Shown here: in pieces, positions 28,379 through 36,352 of the stretch
Position numbering within the stretch: position 1 is the first letter of the stretch
Layout: each line of letters begins with the position of its first letter
Origin: Minisyncoccota bacterium
GTDB taxonomy: Bacteria; Patescibacteriota; Minisyncoccia; Phycocordibacterales; UBA2100
DNA: 64,000 bases
Reading direction: 5' to 3'
NCBI GenBank assembly: GCA_043780835.1
Contig: JAYWCB010000012.1
Location: forward strand, 21,998 to 85,997
The notes under the pieces: model-generated
What the model was told of the DNA's origin: nothing
Database searches by the model: none
The model's input: the letters and a program-made list of their open reading frames with translations, nothing else
Position numbers and translations under genes: made by a program

Positions 28379-29116
28379 ATGCAGAAGTCATTTGTTGCAT
28401 CACTGACTCTTTCATTCCTCCTTGCTTTTTCTGTCGTCTCATATTTATCTTCCCCTTTTACTGTTCACGTAAATACTGTTCGAGCCGCTGCCGAAGTATT
28501 GCCGGTAACGAATGCCACAACAACATCCACGCTACCATTTTCGAATTTAAATCTGGTCGCATTTATCGAAGTGCAAAATAATATCGCCGCATCATCTTCT
28601 CAATCTGATACCACGTTTACTGCAGCGCAGCGACCAAAAACGCACCAGGCTGTTTTTACTGACCCTCATTCATTTACGACACAAACTGCCCAGCCGGTGC
28701 GCCTCATTATTCCTTCTATAGGGCTCAGTGCTCCGGTGGATTCTGTCGGACTCAATGACAAAGGCGAAATGGATGTGCCGAACGGTGATACGACAGAAGT
28801 GGGTTGGTATAAAAACGGAACCCTTCCGGGCAATGTAGGAAGCGCTGTCATTGATGCGCATGTATTTGCCGCATTTGATCAACTTCAAAATCTGAAAGTC
28901 GGTAGCGAAGTCTATGTGGAAAACGCCGACGGTGCTCGACTGAAATTCGTCGTCAGCGACAGCCGGATTTACAAACTCGGCGAACTCACGTCGGGTATGC
29001 TATTCGGCAAGCACGATGCACGCCGCCTCAATCTGATCACATGTGCCGGTGCACCCACATCTGATGGATCCACATACACACATCGCCTCGTGGTGTACAC
29101 AACGCTCGCCGCATAA
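28379..29116 (+). CDS. Class F sortase
   Basis: PVRLIIPSIG, GEMDVP, VGWY..GTLPGNVGSAVIDAH, LNLITCAG, HRLVV (His/Cys/Arg triad); N-terminal anchor. Confidence 0.92.
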   Translation: MQKSFVASLTLSFLLAFSVVSYLSSPFTVHVNTVRAAAEVLPVTNATTTSTLPFSNLNLVAFIEVQNNIAASSSQSDTTFTAAQRPKTHQAVFTDPHSFTTQTAQPVRLIIPSIGLSAPVDSVGLNDKGEMDVPNGDTTEVGWYKNGTLPGNVGSAVIDAHVFAAFDQLQNLKVGSEVYVENADGARLKFVVSDSRIYKLGELTSGMLFGKHDARRLNLITCAGAPTSDGSTYTHRLVVYTTLAA

Positions 29117-29119
29117 AAG

Positions 29120-29149
29120 AAAAGCCCCGGATTGCTCCGGGACTTTTTT
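29120..29149. terminator. Bidirectional terminator between convergent genes
   Basis: AAAAG-CCCCGG-attgct-CCGGGA-CTTTTTT. Confidence 0.7.
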
Positions 29150-29158
29150 AAAAGTGAC

Positions 29159-29860
29159 TTAGTACAATTCAATGCCGTCCTTCGGTGAAGGAAATGTGTC
29201 ATCGCCCACGAGCGCCCATGCGGGAGCTTTCGATACAATCATGCCGTTTATTCTGCCTCGAAACTGATGATCGCAATCTGGGAGTTCTACGAGTTCACGC
29301 TTCGAGGCTGATGTAGACATGTCATAGAACTCTTTGCCTGCATCAGATCCTACGACCGTATCGCACATACCCTGCAGGATATAGACCTCACCGGTAAAGG
29401 ATCCGAGATTCCTCCGTATAGTTTCCATACCGGCATTGCCGGACGGCGCACACAATAGAATCTTTTGTATCAGTCGGTTTGAGCGCGCAACGACAGCACA
29501 GGCACTTGCACCCGCGGAAAATCCCATGAGACATATCTGCGGCTCTAGCGTACCGGATAGTTGCATACGATTTCTGATTGCGTGAGCAACCACGGATTGT
29601 AAATCAGCGACGATTGCCGAGCCATACTCGGGGTCGGGATACGGGTTGTTCGGCATTTGTACACACGCGGTAATTCCCTGACTACTCAGATGACGCGATA
29701 AGGTCAAATATTTATTATTATATCCGTGCATGCTTTCGGAATTTCTGCCCGGCATGACAATAAGAATTCGTCCGGACAACGGCGCGCAGTGCATGAGCAC
29801 CGATAAATTTCCGGCATGCGGTAACAGGCTTACCGTATCGAGTATTTCACGTATTTCCAT
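29159..29860 (-). CDS. Alpha/beta hydrolase fold protein
   Basis: MGFSAGA nucleophile elbow, QGMCDTVV, PDCDHQF; own TTGTCA-N17-CATAGT promoter. Confidence 0.85.
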   Translation of the reverse strand: MEIREILDTVSLLPHAGNLSVLMHCAPLSGRILIVMPGRNSESMHGYNNKYLTLSRHLSSQGITACVQMPNNPYPDPEYGSAIVADLQSVVAHAIRNRMQLSGTLEPQICLMGFSAGASACAVVARSNRLIQKILLCAPSGNAGMETIRRNLGSFTGEVYILQGMCDTVVGSDAGKEFYDMSTSASKRELVELPDCDHQFRGRINGMIVSKAPAWALVGDDTFPSPKDGIELY

Positions 29861-29936
29861 GACGCGCCCTTTCAACTACCGTGGACATTGATTCGCTGGG
29901 GCGACTATGCCACAGCAAACTGCTTGTGACAAATAA

Positions 29937-29965
29937 ACGACCTCGAGGTTATTCCTCGAGGTCGT
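29937..29965 (-). terminator. Terminator of the peptide operon
   Basis: ACGACCTCGAGG-ttatt-CCTCGAGGTCGT 12-bp stem followed by a T-rich tract on the minus strand. Confidence 0.75.
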
Positions 29966-29978
29966 GAATGTCGCAGAT

Positions 29979-30116
29979 TTACGGAACTCTTTCAGGCTGC
30001 TTCACCGGTTCTTTCACAGGCGGTTGTGCCGGTGCCGGATCATCGTATGCAGGATTCGGGACTGACTCCGGAATGTCGATGGGCATCGACCCCGGTTGAT
30101 GAGCTCGTGTCATCAT
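29979..30116 (-). CDS. 45-aa Pro-rich peptide (not in ORF track)
   Basis: MMTRAHQPGSMPIDIPESVPNPAYDDPAPAQPPVKEPVKQPERVP*; GAGGAGG SD, ATGA overlap with the upstream stop. Confidence 0.75.
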   Translation of the reverse strand: MMTRAHQPGSMPIDIPESVPNPAYDDPAPAQPPVKEPVKQPERVP

Positions 30117-31177
30117 TGCACTCCTCCTCTCATGTCGAGTCTTCTCGATTCATTAATGAGCTGTGCTCGATATGTTTCGAGCATCGAGCGCATCTCCCGC
30201 AAGATACTGGGCATTTTTAGTGCCTCTTGCGCATCTTTGCCCGTAAATGTATTACGTGCCCATACCAATCGACTGACTTCTTGAAACGCATAGTCCGCCA
30301 GTTCGTTGTATGCGTCCGCAAAGAGCTCGTCGTCAGTTACATCGATGCCGCCGGGATGCATCCAGGGTGCATCAAGCAGTCCCGAAAGGATGTGCGAATC
30401 AAGCAACGCTGCGAGAGCCGCTTCGAACGATCGCCCCAGCTGCTCCCAGTAACCGCCGAATTGAGCATGCGAGAGCAACGTACTGATCAGATTGATGTTA
30501 CGGATATCGCGTGGAGATCCAAGGCCGAGACCCGTAAGGACATCTGTTCGATCGGATGTAAAAGGCAGACGCTCGTCAATGAGTCACGTCTTTCCGATTC
30601 GTCCCCAATGCTCAAATCCGCGATCCAGCTCACCGTTGGCGTCCCAGAGAATCAGGCGCTTGCCACGCGTATGAGCAGACCGTACGTTCGACACATCATC
30701 CGAAAATGTGGTTGTCATCTGTTCCGGATACAGTTTACGAATCTTGTCCGATCCCAGATAAAAACCGATTCCAAGCATTGCTGAGCGTCGACTATCGAAT
30801 CGTCCGGGTGAACAGACTTGAATCTGTACATACGGACTGCCGAATATTTTCGCGCGACAGAACTGTTCTATCGCCTGGAGCATTTTGATTGCAGTTTCAG
30901 CGCTGCCGACAGCCGGCAGCACTAAACACACAAAGGAACCTTCCAGTCGATAGTGATTCCGCTCGAGTACGCCCCAGTCGTTTATTTCCGTCCCGTCGTT
31001 GAGCCCGTCGATGAGAGCGGTGAACTGCGATCCGGAACCGAGGATGTGCAGCTTGGTGCCTACTGTCGCCAATCCATGATCAACATGACGATGACGCCGC
31101 GCGAGATCATTGGCAAGCGCAGGAACTCTTTTGTGGAGTAATGCATGCAACGCTTCAGTTGTGTAGCCGATGGACAC
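30113..31177 (-). pseudogene. Unknown ~354-codon protein with a single in-frame TGA (joins track ORFs 30584-31177 and 30113-30478)
   Basis: ...GRIGKT*LIDERLPFTSDRTDVLTGLGLGSPRDIRNINLISTLLSHAQFGG...; 35 open codons link the two ORFs in frame; GAGGAGGTGA SD before GTG. Confidence 0.7.
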
Positions 31178-31210
31178 GGTTCACCTCCTCATTCCATATG
31201 CACTCAAGCG

Positions 31211-31239
31211 AATGTACCTCTCACTGTAACGCTTGGCAA
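31211..31239 (-). promoter_or_regulatory. Sigma70-type promoter of the interrupted gene/peptide operon
   Basis: TTGCCA-N17-TACATT immediately after the obg stop. Confidence 0.65.
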
Positions 31240-31240
31240 A

Positions 31241-32302
31241 TTATCGCAACTTTTCCTCACTCGAATCCCAGTCGTCGCGATCCTCTGCCTCACGCGCTGC
31301 CTCATCCGCTTCGATTTTTGCCTCTTCTTCTTCGCGATGCACTTTCTCCGCCTGTATGCGGTTTAAAATTTTCTGCACGAATTCGAGCGATTCAGGATCA
31401 AGGAGTGATATCGGGGTGGCGGTAATCTTTTTCTTTTTGAATGCCGCAATCTGTTTTTTTAGTTCCGCTTCCGTTACGGCGTCTGACTTCGACAGAAACA
31501 CAAATTCTTCTTTTTCAGCGAGCTCATTGCTGTACGCCTTTAATTCGGCACGCACCGTTTTGTAGTCAGCAACGACGTCTTCGCTTTCTGCGGACACAAA
31601 ATGAAACAATGTCTTGGTGCGGGCGATATGTCGAAGGAATTTTACACCAAGCCCTTTACCTTCACTCGCCCCTTCGATCAGTCCGGGAATGTCCGCGAGC
31701 ACCAGTCCGTAATACGCGCCGAGATGCGGTTCGAGCGTTGTAAATTGATAGTTTGCGACTTTACTCTTGGCATTCGTAAGTTCATTTAAAAGCGACGACT
31801 TCCCGACGTTTGGTAACCCGACGAATCCCACATCTGCAATGAGACGAAGTTCGAGCTGATAATCTACGACGTCACCCGGTGTTCCTTCTTCGGCCTCTTT
31901 TGGTGTCGTATTGGTGGAAGATCTGAATTTATAGTTACCGCGGCCGCCTTTACCTCCGCCTGCCGCCAGAATCCGTTGCCCTACTTTTGTTATGTGTTTT
32001 TCGAAACCGCTTTCGAGATTGCGGATAATGGTACCGGCCGGCACTTTCAATATAAGGTCTGTACCGGAAGAACCGTCAATAAATTGCCCGCGTCCGTGAC
32101 CGCCCGGTTTTGCTTTGACTTCTTTTTTTGAGGCGTAAAATTGTAACGCATCGATGTTTGATACACCCTCAAAATAAATATTGCCGCCTCTCCCGCCGTC
32201 TCCGCCGACCGGGCCGAGGTTCAGTCGTGTCTTATTGAACGCAACAGCGCCATTTCCGCCGCTGCCTGCTTCGAGCCTGATTGTAACGTCGTCGATCAAC
32301 AT
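31241..32302 (-). CDS. obg: GTPase Obg/CgtA
   Basis: Gly-rich Obg domain (GGDGGRGG), GLPNVGKSS, YQFTTLEP, DIPGLIEGA, SKSD; acidic tail. Confidence 0.97.
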   Translation of the reverse strand: MLIDDVTIRLEAGSGGNGAVAFNKTRLNLGPVGGDGGRGGNIYFEGVSNIDALQFYASKKEVKAKPGGHGRGQFIDGSSGTDLILKVPAGTIIRNLESGFEKHITKVGQRILAAGGGKGGRGNYKFRSSTNTTPKEAEEGTPGDVVDYQLELRLIADVGFVGLPNVGKSSLLNELTNAKSKVANYQFTTLEPHLGAYYGLVLADIPGLIEGASEGKGLGVKFLRHIARTKTLFHFVSAESEDVVADYKTVRAELKAYSNELAEKEEFVFLSKSDAVTEAELKKQIAAFKKKKITATPISLLDPESLEFVQKILNRIQAEKVHREEEEAKIEADEAAREAEDRDDWDSSEEKLR

Positions 32303-32328
32303 AGGATTTCTAATGTATCACAAGAGAC

Positions 32329-33030
32329 CTAGAGCGCCTCATGAATGCGATCAAACCAGAGTTTGTAGCCCGCCGATGAGGGGTGAAGACCGTCCGGGGC
32401 AAGATAGATTTCAGGAGATTTGATAAACGGATCCTGTGCAGGATCACGGTATAAATTCACATACGTACCTCCCGCCGCTGCAACAACCGGCGCAAACGCT
32501 TCATGGAACGCGAGCGTTCGTTTGGTGTATTCCGGATTGAGTACGCGGGGAAATAACTGTGTAGCACCGACATTGCCCGCCATGTAGACGATTAAATGGT
32601 TGTGCACAGGTAATCCGCTGAGAATGGTCGCAAGATGCGCGGCGGTTGCATTCGCATCCCCGAAACGGATAACGTCATTTCCTCCGATACCGATGAGAAT
32701 ATAATTATATTTTTCTTTTCTAATTTCTTGCACTTCTCTCGCAAGATCTTTCACGCGAGCACCGGAGATTGCCCAGTTATCGACCTGTGTTGCGTGCACC
32801 GCTCCCGCAAGAAGCGCAGCCAGTGAGTCTTCGGGTTTATCCGCCCCCACACCAACCGCAGTGCTATCACCGAGAACCAATACTGATACGCCGCGCTCTC
32901 CTTTCAATCGAAACGGTACCGCCCGCTGAACGAGCAAACGCGAGATCCGCAATTTTTTGTTGAAATCGTATGCTGAGAAAGCGAGATACCCGCAGACGCA
33001 TGCGATAAGAAAAAGTACAGCAATTTTCAT
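32329..33030 (-). CDS. SGNH/GDSL hydrolase, membrane-anchored
   Basis: LGDSTAVG, GGND, DGLHPS. Confidence 0.92.
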   Translation of the reverse strand: MKIAVLFLIACVCGYLAFSAYDFNKKLRISRLLVQRAVPFRLKGERGVSVLVLGDSTAVGVGADKPEDSLAALLAGAVHATQVDNWAISGARVKDLAREVQEIRKEKYNYILIGIGGNDVIRFGDANATAAHLATILSGLPVHNHLIVYMAGNVGATQLFPRVLNPEYTKRTLAFHEAFAPVVAAAGGTYVNLYRDPAQDPFIKSPEIYLAPDGLHPSSAGYKLWFDRIHEAL

Positions 33031-33095
33031 AGCTCGATTGTACCGCTCTTTATAGACGAGGCAGAGCCGAAGCTATAAGGAGCGGTACGGACGTC

Positions 33096-33704
33096 TTACA
33101 TTTTTGGAATAAGGACGCCGTCGATTACAAACGTAACTCCATTGCGAGAAATTACATCGGCAGCTTCTACCATTGCCGTGCCGTTGACCCAAATGGTATC
33201 GCCCTGCTTTTTAATCGTGAGTTTTTCGCCCTCCACCGTGGTTAATTGCAGGCCATCGGTGAGGTCGGCCGAGGTATATCGACCAGGGACCACATGATAC
33301 GTAAGTATATGCGCAAGCTTCGCTTTGTTCTCTGGCTTGAGTAATGTATCGACTGTCCCGGCGGGTAATGTATCAAACGCCGCATTCGTAGGAGCAAAAA
33401 CGGTAAACGGTCCTGCACCCTTCAGCGTATCGACGAGACCTGCCGCTTGTACCGCTGCCACGACTGTCGTCACGTTGCTCGCGTTCTTTGCGTTGTCTAC
33501 AATATCGAGATTCGGCACCATGAGTGCCCCGCCCACCATCACACCCACCTGCTGTGGCGGCGTATTTGTATCTGTCGGTGCCGGCGACACCACGGTATTA
33601 CTGTTTACCGCAGTCGTCGTAGTATCCATTTTAGAATTAAAAAATGCGACACCGACGATCACGAGAACGACGGCGATACCGGCGAATAACCAATTATTGT
33701 TCAT
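33096..33704 (-). CDS. Fasciclin (FAS1) domain protein
   Basis: GPFTVFAPTNAAF, ILTYHVVPG, NGVTFVIDGVL; N-terminal TM. Confidence 0.94.
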   Translation of the reverse strand: MNNNWLFAGIAVVLVIVGVAFFNSKMDTTTTAVNSNTVVSPAPTDTNTPPQQVGVMVGGALMVPNLDIVDNAKNASNVTTVVAAVQAAGLVDTLKGAGPFTVFAPTNAAFDTLPAGTVDTLLKPENKAKLAHILTYHVVPGRYTSADLTDGLQLTTVEGEKLTIKKQGDTIWVNGTAMVEAADVISRNGVTFVIDGVLIPKM

Positions 33705-33711
33705 AGAGGAT

Positions 33712-34200
33712 TTAATTTTTTTGTAATGAGTTGTCGTTTTCTATAATGCTACTGAGTACGCGAACGTACGTTGCGAGATCTCCGATGCGGCAGCCGGCTA
33801 CCAAGTGCCGCATCGAATCTCGCATCTTTTTTTCGATCTTGCGAACGAAATCCGAACCTGTCGAGGACAGTTTTAACACCTTCGCACGAGTGTCGCTCCC
33901 GTCTTTCGATATGCTCGTGTAGCCGTGCCTTGTCAGTTCGTCCGCGAGGACGCTGAGAAACGGCGCTTCGACTCCGAGCTCCGTCGCAGCCTGACTGAGC
34001 CGCATGCCCGACGGTGTATCAAAAAGCAGTCCCAATAGTGCCCAGTGGACTGAGGTAATGTTGTGCACGGCGAGCGAGGCGTTCGAGTGTCTCTTCAAAA
34101 CGCGATACGCTCTTGTCTGCATGAGGCCGACGCGATACGTCGTGTGCTCGTGCGCAACATTCTTCAATTTTTTTAATATACCCGGCATACGACCGTTCAC
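33712..34200 (-). CDS. MarR family transcriptional regulator
   Basis: HWALLGLL, RLSQAATELGVEAPFLS, DTRAKVLKLSSTG; start uncertain (34200 or 34188). Confidence 0.88.
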   Translation of the reverse strand: MNGRMPGILKKLKNVAHEHTTYRVGLMQTRAYRVLKRHSNASLAVHNITSVHWALLGLLFDTPSGMRLSQAATELGVEAPFLSVLADELTRHGYTSISKDGSDTRAKVLKLSSTGSDFVRKIEKKMRDSMRHLVAGCRIGDLATYVRVLSSIIENDNSLQKN

Positions 34201-34219
34201 TTAAGCAACTTACTTAAGT
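34199..34219. promoter_or_regulatory. Inverted repeat, putative MarR operator
   Basis: ACTTAAG-caactta-CTTAAGT at the MarR start. Confidence 0.55.
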
Positions 34220-34278
34220 TACGTACGTATTTTATGGCGCTTGAGTGTGCATACAGTGAAGTACGTGGTTCATATATG

Positions 34279-34304
34279 ACAACAGCCCCTCGAGGGGCTG
34301 TTGT
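34279..34304 (-). terminator. Hairpin terminator
   Basis: ACAACAGCCCCT-cg-AGGGGCTGTTGT after the 34323-35063 gene. Confidence 0.65.
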
Positions 34305-34322
34305 GGCGAGATGAGTAGAGAA

Positions 34323-35063
34323 TTATTTCCAGAAGTGCTTGATCCAGTTGAGTCCCTCGGTGAGAATTACAATAATTGAGGCATTGACCGAATTACTCGA
34401 CGTCGCGTTCGCTGTACCAAACACAAACACATGTGAGCCGATAGCAAGCGCTCCTGAGCTGGCTGTCGAACCATTCACATTGTATTTCGTTCCTGTCGTT
34501 GTCATCACGCTCGTCGTCCCGTTTGAACCGAAGTTGGATAACGTGATCATGGCGCCATTAATCGCAGTCACGATTCCTGCCTTGAATGCACGTGCTGTCT
34601 TTGCGTCTCGATCTGATGTATCGCGGATTTTACTCGCTATAATTACGTTGTTCATGAGGGTGCCTTTCACCTGTACCGTGTCGCTCAGCGCAATCGACGC
34701 AATCGTACCTGCAGTATTGTTGTGTCCTACCACCGAAGCGTTGGATGCGTTCACGGTATACACGGCTCCGTGCCTACCCTGTACGGTCAGTGTCGTACCG
34801 CTCATAAAGGTAACCGTTCCCTCGATCGCGAATTGATTTCTCGCCCCTGAGGAAGAAGCAGCATTTTCCGGGCTGTCTTTGCGAGCTTCTCGATTGTCGT
34901 TTCTGTCGTCCTTTTGGTCTTCGTGAAGCACTTTCGCAAATATACCGAGATGCAAACCGCCTTCATCATTTGCATTACCGGTGTCGGCAAATACCGGCGA
35001 CGCTGCAATCAAGGTAAGGGCTATGACGCCCGTCGCAATCGCTTTCGATGTAATACTGTACAT
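34323..35063 (-). CDS. Secreted DUF5666-like domain protein
   Basis: Signal peptide (SPVFA), two repeats G.VT.I.G..LT....YTV......I..G..V.V.G. Confidence 0.8.
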   Translation of the reverse strand: MYSITSKAIATGVIALTLIAASPVFADTGNANDEGGLHLGIFAKVLHEDQKDDRNDNREARKDSPENAASSSGARNQFAIEGTVTFMSGTTLTVQGRHGAVYTVNASNASVVGHNNTAGTIASIALSDTVQVKGTLMNNVIIASKIRDTSDRDAKTARAFKAGIVTAINGAMITLSNFGSNGTTSVMTTTGTKYNVNGSTASSGALAIGSHVFVFGTANATSSNSVNASIIVILTEGLNWIKHFWK

Positions 35064-35113
35064 AATTTTTTTCTAACTTTTAAGCGTGCCGACATCGCGT
35101 CGGTCACGCTCTT

Positions 35114-35140
35114 TAGACGGATTCAAAGGGTACTCGTTAC
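35114..35140 (-). promoter_or_regulatory. ECF-sigma-like promoter
   Basis: Minus strand GTAAC-N16-CGTCTA followed by leader hairpin AGCGTG.CCGAC/GTCGG.CACGCT. Confidence 0.45.
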
Positions 35141-35341
35141 GGTGAAAAATTTGACAATCGGACGTGTGTATTGTGATAAAAAAGAGAGCCGACTTGCACA
35201 CAGATTTTAATCCCGCATGGATCCAGTGAGAATTGAATTCATACCGCGGTGCTTTCATCTCCTCTACGGTGTTGGTATTGAACAATGTTTCAGCGGTCGA
35301 TAATACATTACACGCACTTATTAACTCATTCACACCTCTAT

Positions 35342-36259
35342 ATGCATCACTCATTAACGAGGAGGCTTGGGATCGCTGCTATTGGAGCAATTCTTGCCCT
35401 GGCACTTATTTCGAGCTTTACCTCCCTGGCACGCGCAGATACGGCGTCGTCTACTACGGGAACAACGACTACTAGCTATGTATTCGACGCAGAACTCAGC
35501 GGACAGAATCAAGTGCCGCCCGTTGCGGCCACGACGAGCACGTCTACGAACGGCATTGGAACAACCACCGCAACCACAACCGGTCACGCACGCATCTGGT
35601 TCGACATGAGCAACGCAACGGGATCGCCGACAACAACCACGATGATGTGGCAGTCACTTAATGTCTGGAACGGGAATGGAATTACAATGGCGCACTTACA
35701 CTGCGGTCTTCCGGGCCAAAACGGTCCCGTCGTGCTTGACCTATTCCACAGTGAGGCAAGTAGCTCCGACGTACACGGCGTACTCGTGGCCACATCAACC
35801 GTGAGCGCAAGTAACCTGCACGCAACTACGACAGGCTGCTCGATGCCGATTACGAATCTAACCGATCTTGCAAACGCTTTGAAGGCGGGCATCATCTATG
35901 CCAATGTGCACTCGCTCGCGTATCCCACCGGCGTTGTGCGTGGTCAAATGACTCTCTCATCATCGTCCTCAACAAGCGCAAGCACGACGACCCCTCCGAC
36001 GCCGCCAACTCCACCATCGCCACCAGCCCCGCCAACAGGTACAACGACTCCACCAACAGGAACAACCACGCCTCCAACACCTCCTCCGGTCGTTCCAGGA
36101 TTTCCGGGGTTTGTAGGATTCGGCGGAACTCTCGGACTCAACATAAACGGACTCCTGTCTCACATCTTCGAACAGGTACACAACATCCTTCAGTCCGTTT
36201 TACCCTTCACGAATCAAAGTGACCTGCGCAGTCAGCAACTCGATAGAATGATGCGCTAA
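35342..36259 (+). CDS. Secreted CHRD-domain protein with Thr/Pro-rich linkers
   Basis: AELSGQNQVPPV, ITMAHLHCG..GQNGPVV, YANVHSLAYPTGVVRGQ. Confidence 0.88.
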   Translation: MHHSLTRRLGIAAIGAILALALISSFTSLARADTASSTTGTTTTSYVFDAELSGQNQVPPVAATTSTSTNGIGTTTATTTGHARIWFDMSNATGSPTTTTMMWQSLNVWNGNGITMAHLHCGLPGQNGPVVLDLFHSEASSSDVHGVLVATSTVSASNLHATTTGCSMPITNLTDLANALKAGIIYANVHSLAYPTGVVRGQMTLSSSSSTSASTTTPPTPPTPPSPPAPPTGTTTPPTGTTTPPTPPPVVPGFPGFVGFGGTLGLNINGLLSHIFEQVHNILQSVLPFTNQSDLRSQQLDRMMR

Positions 36260-36292
36260 TCTTAGAACACGCGGCCACTGCTTCGTGTCACA

Positions 36293-36321
36293 AAATGGCG
36301 CGCCACCAGGGCGCGCCATTT
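36293..36321. terminator. Bidirectional terminator
   Basis: AAATGGCGCGCC-accag-GGCGCGCCATTT between convergent genes. Confidence 0.7.
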
Positions 36322-36352
36322 CTGTTGAGAATATTACCGAGATCAACTCCAC

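Noticed and set aside
29100-31240. Prophage or integrative element around the SD-led accessory genes
   Set aside because: No integrase, transposase, structural genes or flanking direct repeats seen
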